Of a DNA stretch of 64,000 nucleotides, positions 52,189-64,000 are shown in pieces; the first letter of the stretch is position 1; every line of letters starts with the position of its first letter. This DNA is from Octopus vulgaris (taxonomy: Eukaryota): NCBI GenBank assembly GCA_951406725.2, contig OX597816.1, forward strand, positions 47,864,001-47,928,000, given 5' to 3'. The translations under genes were made by a program, and so were the position numbers. The notes under the pieces are model-generated. The model did not search any database, was not told the DNA's origin, and saw only the letters and a list, made by a program, of their open reading frames with translations.

Positions 52189-52925
52189 ATAAGTGGATAG
52201 ATAAATAGATGAATAGATAAATCCACTTATATATTTATATATATACATATATGTGTGTGTATGTGAATAATATTCTATATAGATAAATATTGTTCTTAAG
52301 GTGAACATATATATGTTTTTGCAACCACCTCTCCACCCTCAGGTTAATCTAATTTTAGACTGACCAAATTAAATGTGGTTAAGTTCACCACATTTACTTT
52401 AGTCAAGGATCGGTGCTTTACTACATTTTGAGATATAATAGAAAATTGGTTGGATGAAAAAAAAAATCACAATAAAATACGTATTCAAAAAATTGGGAGT
52501 GTAACGCATGGACGCAAATTCTAAGCAGAATAGTTTCCTTTTTTCTTTACTGTTTTTGTTTTTGTTATCTTCAAAAATAAAAGATTTCAGCAAGAGGAAT
52601 CTTATTCTATAAATGGCATCAAATTTGGCATTGTAGGAAAAAAATCTTATATAGTAATAATTGGTCAAATCCAAAAGGGAGTAAGGCCTAAATTCATTCT
52701 TTAGCCAGAATATCTGTTATTTAGATCTTCCTAAAGAGATCTAAATAAGAGGAATCTAATACTGAAAATCACATCAAAATTGGTTCATTAAGGATATACT
52801 TATGGGGTAAAAAGTAGTTGAATTTGAAGGTATTAATCACTGGGGCACCAAACTATAGCAATGCCTTTATATATATATATGTGTATATGTGTGTGCTCAT
52901 GTGTTCGTGTGTGTGTAACCATGCA

Positions 52926-52962
<37 letters not shown>

Positions 52963-52976
52963 CCATTCCGAAATAT

Positions 52977-53030
<54 letters not shown>

Positions 53031-53083
53031 ATACATATATATGTGTGTGTGTGTGTGTGTATGCATGCATACATACATACATG

Positions 53084-53121
<38 letters not shown>

Positions 53122-53288
53122 CATGTATGTATGTGTGTATGCATGCACACACACACACACACACACACATATATGCATATGAATTGATGTAAATATATAG
53201 TTGAAATTTACAGAAAAACAAAAGATGAAGATAGGTGTATGAACAACGAGCAGGTGTATTAGTTTGATGCTTGGGAAAGTGAGAAAGT

Positions 53289-53324
53289 CTTTTATGTTTC
53301 GAGCCTATGCTCTTCAACAGAAAG
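53289..53324 (-). ncRNA. Minimal hammerhead motif (CUGUUGA core variant) in mini-element 53196-53390
   Basis: CTTT-CTGTTGA-A-GAGC(ATAG)GCTC-GAAA-CA-TA-AAAG. Sister copies show CG in stem III. Confidence 0.65.
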
Positions 53325-53699
53325 GAATAAGAGAAAATAAACAGAGATAAAATAAAAAAACTTGTGGATTTAGCTGCCAAGCATGGTGACTATATATATA
53401 TATAATTGTGTGTGTCTGTGTGTGTGCATGTGTGTGTGTACACAGGCATGGCTATCTGGATAAAAAGCTTACTATTCAGCCATGTAGTTTCAGGTGAAGT
53501 CTGGCATAGCATGGTAAATTCCATTGTCTCGACCACGGTCGAACAATGATGATGATGCAGCACCTTGGGAAAGAGGTCTTGTACAATTGCCCAGGGCTGA
53601 CAAATGTCTTATGAATGAAATTGGTAGATAGAAACTACATAAAAGCTTATCTGCAACCCCTGCCCCTGAGCCTCTTTTATATTTCTCTCCATCATTTGT

Positions 53700-53900
53700 A
53701 GCAATCACTTCAGTAAACAGTAAACAGTGGATAAATCCAGCTTCTGTCTTTGGAGTAGAGATAAATATGTTGCTTGCCTTCCACCTTACCAATTCTACCA
53801 ATAAACCCCTCTGCAACATGATCTGAAATGTCAGATTTATCTCTACTTTAAAGATTGAGGCTGGATTTATCCACTGCTTATTTACTTCTATTACTGATTG
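53700..53900. repeat. Inverted repeat, MITE-like
   Basis: CAGTGGATAAATCCAGC..AGTAGAGATAAAT against ATTTATCTCTACT..GCTGGATTTATCCACTG. Confidence 0.7.
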
Positions 53901-54613
53901 TATAATCTGGTGAAGTACACCTGCCAACATTATGACATAACTCTGAGCCCCCAGAAACAGCTGTTGGACTTGTAATACCATACCTTCTCCCATTTAATTT
54001 TCACTGTTTTTTTTTTTTTGTACTATGTAAGTAAGTTTTCTCTTTTAACATATAAACATCTTTACATTCATACTTGAATATTCATTGTCTGAAAATTTTC
54101 AGTCTTTGTGCTGTCTCTATTTACGTGTATACATGTATATTTTGAATATCAAACCCATGTTTTATTTAGATGTATACTCACATAATTGATTCCATATCTG
54201 TTCAGTTGTATTCCTCTTATAGCCACTCTTTACCCTGTGAATTTGGTCCCTGGTAAAAATTTTGGAATGTAAGTTGAATTTGAGTGCTACTAAGCACTTT
54301 CTGCATTGAGAATCTGTGGATCTCATTTGTTGACTCTCTCCCTCTTTCTCTCTCTGTTTTTTATTTAATTTTTCATATGTCCTGCCCGCCAAATTTGGTT
54401 CTGGTGTTCGCTGAATTCTTCCTCTAGAGATTTTCCCTTGTAGTTTGATCGTTTATGATCTATTTCTAGCATTCTGGCCGGCTACCTAGCAGGCCAGCCC
54501 TGCCAATATACACATATATTTGAATTTTCTCTGACTCCTCAGATTTTTTGAATGCTGGACTACTGGTTTTAAATTGATATTAAAATTAATATTAATTTAT
54601 CTCCCTCAATTTT

Positions 54614-54656
<43 letters not shown>

Positions 54657-54659
<3 letters not shown>

Positions 54660-54729
54660 TACTGAAGAGCCTACCTGAGTAAATAAATATTATTTTTATT
54701 GCTGAAATAGGCGAAACTGCAGTCTAAGA
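54657..54729 (+). ncRNA. Type I hammerhead ribozyme with canonical core
   Basis: TCTTA-CTGAAGA-GCCTA..TAGGC-GAAA-CTGCAG-TC-TAAGA: 5 bp stems I and II, palindromic stem III, GUC cleavage triplet. Confidence 0.9.
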
Positions 54730-54899
54730 AGAACTAAGTTTGTAAAAGTTTTTAATTTTCATCTCATTAAATTTATCCAGCTTTTGTGTATCTAGTACAC
54801 ACTTCGCCTTTTAATGTACTTATATATGAATAATATATGGCGTGTCCTAGAACACCGGCGATAATAATTAATTTTATTGTATCGCATTTTATTGTATCG

Positions 54900-54969
<70 letters not shown>

Positions 54970-55088
54970 TTGTGTGTGTGCATATGTGTATGTATGCATA
55001 TACATACATACATATATACATAAATATACATATACATGCACACACACACACACATATATATATATATAATTATATATATATATATGTT

Positions 55089-55175
55089 TTGGCTGATGAA
55101 TACGGGACACTTGTATTTGTTGCAATTTTTGCAGCTTTTAATAAATCTGTTCTTCGTATGAAACAATTGTACTGA
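55089..55175 (+). ncRNA. Type I hammerhead ribozyme with long stem II insert
   Basis: TTGG-CTGATGA-ATACG..CGTAT-GAAA-CAATTG-TA-CTGA: palindromic stem III, wobble-rich stem I. Confidence 0.8.
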
Positions 55176-55206
55176 ACAACTAATTCCTTCTTGTTGCTTT
55201 TATCTT

Positions 55207-55256
<50 letters not shown>

Positions 55257-55834
55257 GTATGTGTATTTTTTCAAAGTGTACAAATAACAGGGAAAAAATA
55301 AATAAATAGTTACCAGGGAAGCAAAAATTCACATAAATACCAAGGATGTTATAGCCTACTTATAAAGGTAGAAATTTGTAAAACAGATAAAGAAATGGTG
55401 TTAAACACAGATGTTATTCAAATCTTTATACTTCTGACATGTTTCAATGAAAACAATGGTATTATTCCAGAGGGAATAAAATGACGTAAAAAAATGTGAT
55501 CTAATCGTTGCAAACATTGGCAAAAACATACCTGTTGTTCCTATAAGTAATTTCTACCAATCTATAAAATTTGACCTTTAACTGACTTCTTACATTTCAC
55601 TTCCACTAAATATACCTATTTCCACGCCTTTAAACTTTATTCCCATTCATCTATTGTACTATATTTCTCCACTCTTATTTTTCTGATATTTTCTTTTTCC
55701 TCTTTCTCTAAACTGCATTTGACGTTAAATCTATTACTGTTTTTTTAAAAGATAACTTGCCAGTGTTCTCTTTATCATATACGCAGTCATCACATCTGGT
55801 TAAAATGGTTTATTGATGTGTATTGTTTCTTTTT

Positions 55835-55920
55835 TTCCCTGATGAGAAGTTCTCATTGTTTTACATCCTTTTATTTCCTCTGGAATAATACCAATGTTTT
55901 CTTTGAAACATATGTTGGAA
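55835..55920 (+). ncRNA. Type I hammerhead ribozyme in inverted pLTR cassette 55270-55970
   Basis: TTCC-CTGATGA-GAAG..CTTT-GAAA-CATATG-TT-GGAA. A diverged inverted partial copy lies at 55386-55499. Confidence 0.75.
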
Positions 55921-55998
55921 GTATAAAAATTTGAATAACACTTGCATTTACTCCATTTCTTTATTTATCTATATATGTATATACATACATACACACAC

Positions 55999-56033
<35 letters not shown>

Positions 56034-56126
56034 TATGAAGATGAACATGAAATGATGGTATATATATATATTCATATTTATATATATATATACATACACA
56101 TATATATGAAGACGAATACATATACA

Positions 56127-57019
56127 TATGAGGCCTGGTCAATAAGTATCTGGACTGTTGACATAGTAATGAAGCTAAAGCATGCAGAGTCAAGCTGCTT
56201 GACACAAATTGACCTTGAACTCTGCTCTGCATAGCCACTAAGTTTTAATGTTCTAGCTTACTTCTGCTGTTTACAACAGTGCTTGAAAGGAAGGTGTGTA
56301 GTGTGTGACCATGGCAGAGAAAGTTGACATGGTAATATCTGATCAGAGGTCTATCAAAGTTGCAGAAAGTGTATGGAGAGGAGTGTATGAGCTGCACACA
56401 AGTGTATATGAGTGGTTCAAACGTCTCCCAGATGGCAAAAATATGTCGATATTGATGAACTTTCTCAGAGACCTACAACAAGCAGAACTGAGAAAAACAT
56501 TGCAGATGTGCATACAGCTGTGAGGGGAAATCATCAAATCCCCATCTGTGAGTTATCAGAGGATGTACAGATTAGTTGCAGTTCAGTTCAGTTCAGTCCA
56601 TTATCACTGAAGATTTGTGTATGAGATGTGTCTCTGCCAAGTTTGTGCCAAAACTGCTTTCAGCTGACCAAAAAGACAGTTGGGCTTCAATTGCATAAGA
56701 TCTTGATTGTGTTGAGAACAATGAAAACTTTTTTAAAACTTTGCATAGACCTCTGAACAGTTATCGCCAAGCTTTTGGCAAAATTTGATGCTGACTCTCT
56801 GCTCAACTTTCTCTGTCATGGTGAAGGCAATGCTCACACGCTACACACCTTCCTTCTAAGCACAGCTACAAACAGTGGAAATGAGCTAGAACATATGTTA
56901 AAACTTAGTGCACAAGCACTACAGTGTTGAAAGTCGATCTGTGCCAAGCGGTTTCACTCTCTGTTCTTTAGCTTCATAACTATAGCAACAGTCCAGATAC
57001 CTAATGATCAGACCATGTA
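56127..57019 (+). mobile_element. Internally deleted mariner derivative with ~180 bp TIRs
   Basis: TIRs at 56127-56308 and 56834-57019. Internal transposase N-terminal fragments VYEWFKR, RPTTSRTEKNI and SAKFVPKLL. Confidence 0.85.
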
Positions 57020-57025
57020 TTTATA

Positions 57026-58332
57026 TATCAAATCATCCCATAAGTTCTGTCCAATCTTACCTTTTTTAAAATTGAATGAAATTTAATAGTATTTTAGAAT
57101 GTCTAATGGAATTAAAAATTATTTTTATGTATTTGTGTACATTTAAACTAATTAAATATTATTTTACAGAATTACAGAATTAAAATTTCTTTGATCAAAA
57201 CATTTTCTAACATGGAAGTATCAAAAGAGCATTTCAGGTACATAATGCTTTATGAGTACAAAAATGGAAACTCTGCAGCTGAAGCGTCTCAAAACATACA
57301 CTCTGTTTATGGGAAAGAATGCTTGAATGAAAGAACTTGCAGAAGATGGTTTGCAAAATTCAGAAGTGGAGATTTCTATCTTGGAGATGAAGATCGAACA
57401 GGATGTCCAGTTGAGTTTGATGATAAGCTCCTTGAGGCATTACTTGAAGAAAATCTTGCATTATCAGTTGAAGAATTGGCAATAAAGTTTAGTTTGAACC
57501 ATACAACTGTTCATCATCCTCTTCAACAACTTGGAAAGCTTCCTAAACTTCGAAAATGGGTGCCTCATGAATTGTCTGAAAGCAACCGCAAATCCCAAGC
57601 TGACATCTGCTTTTCTCTCCATTCTCACGAACTCATTTCCCCCTTTTTAGATAGACTTGTGACTGGTGATGAAAAATGGATCTTCTATTGAAATGTTAAA
57701 CGTCGTAAACAGTGGCTTGGTAAAAGGGAAAAACCTCAACCACAACTGAGAAGGAAACTTCATGGGAAAAAGGTTCTTCTCTCTATCTGGTAGGATTGCA
57801 AAGGAGTAATTCACTTTGAATTGTTACCACCTAATGTAACAATCAATGCTCAAGTCTACTGTCAGCAATTTGTGCATTTGAACCAAACTTTGAAGAAAAA
57901 AAGACCAGCTTTAGTGAATCAAATAGGAGTGATGTTTCATCAGGACAATGCACGACCCCACACTGCAAAGATCACATCACAGAAGATCGAAGAGTTTGGT
58001 TGGGAAAAAATTCCTCATCCACGTTATTCTCCCAGCCTTACTCCTTCAGACTACCATTTGTTTCGTAGTTTACAGAATCACTTGGGAGACATAACTTTCG
58101 CAAGCCAGGAGGAGGTCGAAACTGACATTTCAGAGTCCCTCGCTTTGAAGCCAAAAGAGTTTTACATTGATATGGGATTAAAAAGATTGTAAATAGATGG
58201 AAGAAAGTCCTAGATAATCAGGGAAAGTACATTGATGATTAAATTAAATATATTAAAATAAATTAAATATAATATTTCATCACTTGTTTTCTTTATTCAA
58301 AATTTGGACAGAACTTATGAGATGACCTGATA
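57026..58332 (+). mobile_element. Full-length mariner (DD34D type); transposase pseudogene 57212-58242
   Basis: Motifs WVPHEL, TGDEKW, HQDNARPH and YSPSLTPSDYHLF, with stops and a frameshift. ~28 bp TIRs TCATCCCATAAGTTCTGTCCAA with TA ends. Confidence 0.95.
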
Positions 58333-58459
58333 TATATATATATATATTATATGATTTTATATATTTATATAAATATGGATAAGATTGTTATTTAGAATAT
58401 CGATCATATCAAGTGGCTAGCATAGGAATAAAAACTTCATAGTTAATAATTATTATTAA

Positions 58460-58631
58460 AATTATAATTAAGGGTATCTAAAAGATACTACCATGCTAGA
58501 TATAGCAGTCAAAACTTGACTCTAAAACCACATTAAATGGTGCTATATGAACATTTAATGTGGTTTTAGAGTCAAGTTTTGGCTGCTATATCTAGCATGG
58601 TGGTATCTTTTAGATATCCTTAATTATAATT
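58460..58631. repeat. 80 bp-arm fold-back cassette in AT microsatellite
   Basis: Arms 58460-58539 and 58552-58631 with three transitions. Confidence 0.85.
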
Positions 58632-58698
58632 ATGATTTTATATATATATATATAATTATATATATGTATATGTGTGTGCACGTGTGTGTGTGTGTGTG

Positions 58699-58740
<42 letters not shown>

Positions 58741-59440
58741 CACACAGACACACATACATGTGTGTATGTGTGTGTGCATGTGTGTGTATGTGTGTAGTTA
58801 TATATGTATACATATTCGGCTTGTTTATTTTTCCAGTGTTATTCTGTTTAAGCAATTTTATACAATATTATATTATTGCTCTGAAATTGAATTATTTTTT
58901 TTATATTTTAACCTTTTGTTAAACTTTGCACAAAGCAATATTTTTGCTATATTTATAAAATATTTCCTATTATAATAGCTCATTTATGAATTTTGATTTT
59001 TAATGTCAAAATCTATAGCTCAAGTACTTTTAATGTAGAAATTTCCACCTAGAGAGAATGTATTTGCATTTTTTACAACCTTTCTGCTTGATCATAAGTT
59101 CTTCTAACTTGTTAAAATATCAGTGTTTGGAAAACCAGTGGTTTTTATGTACAATTTATATACACATCTCTGCAAGAAACATAATCACAAGGTCAAGCAT
59201 AGAATTTGGTTAGTTTTCTATGATGTTCATATATTGGAGTCATGTGACTGTATGAAGGATAACTGTGCTAACATTTAAGGTTGTGTTAAGCCAGTGAATT
59301 TGTCATGTGACAGTATAAACAACAGGTTGTGAGAATAGCTAAAAACAGAGTAGCGGATTGCTTGCTTGTTTGTGAGTGACAGCATGTTATATACATTATT
59401 TACATTTGACAGATACCTGTCCTCATCTTGTTTGTTGTTA

Positions 59441-59483
59441 ACACAATGTTTCGGCTGATACACCCTCCAGCCTCTTCAGGTGT
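59441..59483 (-). ncRNA. Minimal hammerhead motif in inverted-end cassette 59389-60182
   Basis: ACAC-CTGAAGA-GGCTG..CAGCC-GAAA-CA-TT-GTGT. The cassette ends are inverted (TACATTATTTACATT..TGTCCTCAT and ATGAGGACA..AATGTAAATAATGTA). Confidence 0.75.
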
Positions 59484-59560
59484 CTTGGGGAAATTTCGAA
59501 CCTGAGTTCTCATTCCTAAAATATTTTTCAATGTTACTATTATTGTTATTATTATTATTA

Positions 59561-59631
<71 letters not shown>

Positions 59632-59730
59632 GTTCAGGTCACTGCTTGGAATCGAACTCAGAATCTTGGGGTTAGTAGTCTGTGCCCTTAACCACAATGC
59701 CAAATGAGGACAAATATCCATTGAATGTAT

Positions 59731-60138
59731 ATAGGTGCAGGAGTGGCTGTGTGGTAAGTAGCTTGTTTACCAACCACATGGTTCCGGTTTCAGTCCCACT
59801 GCGTGGCACCTTGGGCAAGTGTCTTCTACTATAGCCTCGGGCCGACCAAAGCCTTGTGAGTGGATTTGGTAGACGGAAACTGAAAGAAGCTCGTCGTATA
59901 TATGTAAATATATATGTGTGTGCGTGTGTGTTTGTGTTTTTCCCCCTAGCATTGCTTGACAACTGATGCGGGTGTATTTATGTCCCCGTCACTTAGCAGT
60001 TCGGCAAAAGAGACCAATAGAATAAGTACTGGGCTTACAAAGAATAAGTCCCGGGGTCGAGTTGCTCGACTAAAGGTGGTGCTCCAGCATGGCCACAGTC
60101 AAATGACTGAAGCAAGTAAAAGAGTAAAGAGCGAGAGA
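59731..60138 (+). mobile_element. Well-preserved family A tRNA-derived SINE
   Basis: A-box TGGCTGTGTGG, B-box GGTTTCAGTCCC and tail GGTGCTCCAGCATGGCCACAGTC..AAAAGAGT. Confidence 0.9.
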
Positions 60139-60312
60139 ATGTAAATAATGTACATAATTCCTCATCTCTTAAATGTAGAACAGCATGTTATATGTTTGTA
60201 TGTATGTGTATATTTAGTTGTCTATGTGTTTGTGTGTGAATGTTGACTGCAATCTTTGTGACTTAGTTGTTAGTGAATGTATCTTTTCAATATATTTTTG
60301 TAGCTTCTTCAG

Positions 60313-60730
60313 TCATGAGTTGTATTTTTTAATAAACTTTTTCTCTTTTTTTTTGTAATTGATCTTTGCTTTTATCAGAATATGGCAAATTGGACAGACT
60401 AGGAATTCTGGTGATTCACTTGATGTCCATAAATTTAAATGTTCATGTAATGGAATCTGTCTAGTCTTTGGAGCTAGCATTTGATGCTGATAAACAGTTA
60501 GTCTCTTTCTCAGGCTAAGTTTTGTTTGTCCTATGTAATCTTTGTTATATCTATTACATTTAATTTCAGAAATCAATTATATTTTTGACAAACAGGTGAA
60601 GTGATTTTTTTTTTTTTTGCAGTAAAAATATGTCAAGGTTTAAATTTGTAAGACGTTTCTTCTATAAGATCGAAGAAGGTTCCACAGTTAAGATTTCCCA
60701 CCTTTTGATTATTGGTTCTAAAAAATTCAA
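60313..60730 (-). pseudogene. Penelope-like GIY-YIG endonuclease remnant
   Basis: Degenerate Cys linker (NLNCGT..IEETSYKF), then HFTC..IKCNRYNKDYIGQTKLSLRKRLTVYQ..RQIPLHEHL..KEKKFIKKY. Confidence 0.8.
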
Positions 60731-61434
60731 ATTGGAAATTGAACTGTTACAGTTATGGGTGAATTCCAATGAACAGAACCCAAATCATTTGAAAGTGAAA
60801 ATTTCAAACAAAGCCAAAGACTTACTTAATGATAACAGTAATAAATTTTGGAGAGAGGAATATGAAAACAAATACTTAACACTACATCAGAGATTGGAGA
60901 AAAGTGCATTAATTGGTTCAGTGATTATGAAACTAAATTTGAGAAAAGTATTATACTGATAACTCATTCTTAAAGAAAGCTGAAAATCTACAAAACCTTC
61001 ACAGTCTCAGAAGATGTTAATGATTTTCAATTTGAACTGATTCACAAAAAAAAACAAAAAAAACCCTGTGTTAATTTGCACTTTTGGGTGCCCAAGAAAA
61101 CCAATATCAAGTTTCGATATCAGACAAAGATGCAGGGTCAACTAACCTGACCTAGGAAGTAATCTTTCGTGTTTTATTTCTTTTTAATTACATCTTGTTT
61201 TAATTATTGCATGCTTTATTTTACATCTATTTATTTCTGTACAAGGAATTGTGCTTTAAAAATGTTGATTCATCTATTTATATACTATATAATGCCTTTC
61301 CCTCCTCTTCCCTCATCTTTGAATAACTTATCAGCCATGTACCCCCTATTCCTTTCTTTACGAATACACTAGTGAACATCATATATTTTTCTGTATATTT
61401 TTTAAAATTATTTGTGGCTAAAAAAGCAAATAAC

Positions 61435-61655
61435 ATAATCATCATCATCATCATCATTCTCGTCGCCATTGTTGTTGTAATCAATATTATTATTAATATC
61501 ATCATCATCGTCGTCGTTGTCGTCGTCATCGTCGTTGTCATCACTGTCATCGCCGGCGTTGTCATCATCATCATCATCATCATTTTCATCACCATTGTCG
61601 TTATTGATATTAATATTAATATCATCATCATCATCATCATTGTCATCATCATCAA

Positions 61656-61746
<91 letters not shown>

Positions 61747-61809
61747 GTTATTATCATTTTATATATACACTATACATTAGACTGTTGATTATTATTATTA
61801 TTATTATTA

Positions 61810-61862
<53 letters not shown>

Positions 61863-61864
61863 GC

Positions 61865-61897
<33 letters not shown>

Positions 61898-62005
61898 CAT
61901 TGTTATAATTTTATATATACACTATAGATTAGACTGTTGATCGTTATTATTATTATTATTATCATTATTATTATTATTATTATTATTATTGTTATTATTA
62001 TTATT
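61435..62005. repeat. Compound (CAT)n/(TTA)n microsatellite with a ~130 bp duplicated unit
   Basis: TTTTATATATACACTATA.ATTAGACTGTTGAT occurs at 61757 and 61909. Confidence 0.9.
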
Positions 62006-62858
62006 TCTTTTTTTTCCTTTCATGATAGAAATATTTTTATTGATGCTAGAATGGTACTAATTGTTAACTTTTAAAAGTGATTGAATTAAAGAAGTCTGCC
62101 AGTAAACTCAAAAAGATATTTCTTTTTGCAAAGCAAGTATTATTTTTATTTAAAATGCTGCTAGGGACAGACATTGCCATTCCACTTTTTTGAAAGAATA
62201 AACTAAGAACTAATAATACATTGGTATTAACTGAATCAGCAATAACTCCAACCTTAAAAATAATTCCCATGCCAACAGAAATCTTTATTACTGTGTTCTG
62301 TCACTTGAAAAGACAATGGTATATGAAATTTTCTTTTTTTTTTTTCTATAGATTCTAGAATTATTTTGCATAGCTGAAACGTCCGCCAATAAAGATACAA
62401 AGCACAGAAATAGGTTATATTTGATATTCTTGAATGAATTATTTATTTTCTTTGTGTGTGAAATATGACACTTAGCTCTTCTCTCTTTACAGTTGTCCTT
62501 GTCATCAAACATCTTTTGCCCCTAATAAAGCATCATAATATACCAGGAAATTTGAATAAATAGAAACATCTTTGATATGAAAATATTTGCAAGTTTGGGG
62601 TCAGTAACACTCTGCCTGGTGATGTGTTTGGTTTTAAGGAGGAACCTTTATGTCAAGCAAGTTTGTGTTCAGTCCAAGCTTGTGTTACAAAGCTTGTCAA
62701 CTGATAGCTGCTGTAAATTTCAGCCTGATTGTGCTGATTTGCAAATTGGATCAAGGAATGGAACGATCATGAGACATCTGTGTGCCATTGAATTCAAGTG
62801 ACAAAAGCTTGTACAACACTTTGCCACTCTTTCAGTCACCATAGCACGTTCTAGTGAT

Positions 62859-63843
62859 CAGTAGTGTAACCAGCTTCCAAAGATACAGGGAGTGAGTACA
62901 TAAATAAAAGAGCCACAGTGACACATACCCAACAATTTTTAACTCAATTCTCTTATATTACAGGGAATATTTCATTAACAATTGCAGCGTGGAAGGTCGC
63001 GGTCTTATAGCGACGAAAATATTTTGACAAATTAAACTTAAATGTTGAAGTGAATGGAACGGCTTTTGTGTGTTTCTTAAATGGCTTACAAACACCTTCC
63101 ACGCTGCAATTGTTTTCGTTCCAGCACACGATCTCAGATCAAATCACTTGCTATGCAAGTACCTCTCCGTAATATTTAATTAGTTATGATATATGTAAAT
63201 TTATTCTACATTCATTAATTTCACTTTTCAGTAACAATGTCATTATGTATGAAACATACAAAGGCAGCGAGCTGGCAGAAACGTTAGCATGCCGGGTGAA
63301 ATGCTTAGCGGTATTTCGTCTGTCTTTACGTTCTGAGTTCAAATTCCGCTGAGGTCAACTTTACCTTTCATCCTTTTGGGGTCGATAAATTAAGTACCAG
63401 TTACGCACTGGGGTCGATGTAATCGACTTAATCCGTTTGTCTGTCCTTGTTTGTCCCCTCTGTGTTTAGCCCCTTGTGGGTAGTAAAGAAATAGGTATGA
63501 AACTTACAACTACTGATATAGGTGTGATGTGAAAAAGATGAAGCTCCACTGGATTGTCCAGTGTTGGAAGGTTACGATGTCAAGGTTTGTTTTGGCTCTT
63601 TAGATGTCAGTGACTGCTAACACATCACAGGAAATTGGGCAGACAGTTCAAAAACATGGGAAGTCAGTTGCAATAAAGTAATGGTTTAGAAGGCCATGTG
63701 ATTGACAAATAAAAAGAGATTTGATTTTTATTGCACAAGTGAATTAAAGAGTTTAAAAAATTGGTGAAAAAGCACCAATTTTGAAAAAAGTTGCTTATGG
63801 GAAGTGGCTTCTCACCCTTGATCTCCTAATTGCAACACCACTA
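62859..63843 (+). mobile_element. Second copy of the 46629-47345 element, carrying a MITE fragment (62977-63170) and a family B SINE (63262-63494)
   Basis: The SINE has a 15 bp TSD GTATGAAAC(A/T)TACAA and the paralog shows the empty site at 46810. MITE arms AACAATTGCAGCGTGGAAGGT and ACCTTCCACGCTGCAATTGTT. Confidence 0.75.
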
Positions 63844-64000
63844 CCAGTGACAACCATTGTAAGATGATTGGTACAATTTTGACTGCAAATTTTATGTTAG
63901 AGTATCTTTGGCAAAAAACAAAAAAAAAACGAGATTCATTTACCCCTGAGAAATATATTTAACCCATAAATAAGGCCATGACAGGTACTCCTGTTCCAGT

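Noticed and set aside
53490-53993. 167 aa minus-strand ORF
   Set aside because: It runs across SINE fragments and an inverted repeat and has no recognisable domain.
58495-58600. GCTAGATATAGC and GTTTTAGAG resemble a Cas9 sgRNA scaffold
   Set aside because: The matches are short and in the wrong order, the rest of the scaffold is absent, and the context is a eukaryotic repeat.
60630-62801. ORFs 60630-60959, 62064-62512 and 62577-62801
   Set aside because: No motif is recognised, and the first is partly antisense to the Penelope remnant.

Overview
This is AT-rich, repeat-saturated eukaryotic DNA, intergenic or intronic. The repeat landscape suggests an octopod cephalopod, but that is inference and not shown by the sequence. 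I find no supportable host protein-coding exon: most ORFs in the track are translated microsatellites and the rest are transposon remnants. The window holds a near-intact CR1-group RT ORF, three R4/Dong-type restriction-like-endonuclease LINE remnants sitting in (TAA)n or (CATA)n tracts, and RTE and Tx1/L1-like 3' ends. It also holds two decayed mariners, a long-TIR mariner derivative, a decayed IR/DR Tc1, Helitron and piggyBac/hAT-like MITEs, a ~930 bp TRIM-like LTR element and many tRNA-derived SINEs. The main signal the ORF track does not show is about ten minimal type I hammerhead ribozyme (HHR) motifs from several sequence-unrelated families. Most lie in short cassettes inside (TA)n tracts, several as near-perfect fold-back palindromes whose inversion point falls at or in the ribozyme. 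One cassette is physically linked to a Penelope-type GIY-YIG C-terminus. Three unrelated cassettes also share a second, covarying long-range helix motif that I cannot assign to a known RNA family. All alignments and folds were done by eye, so boundaries are approximate.
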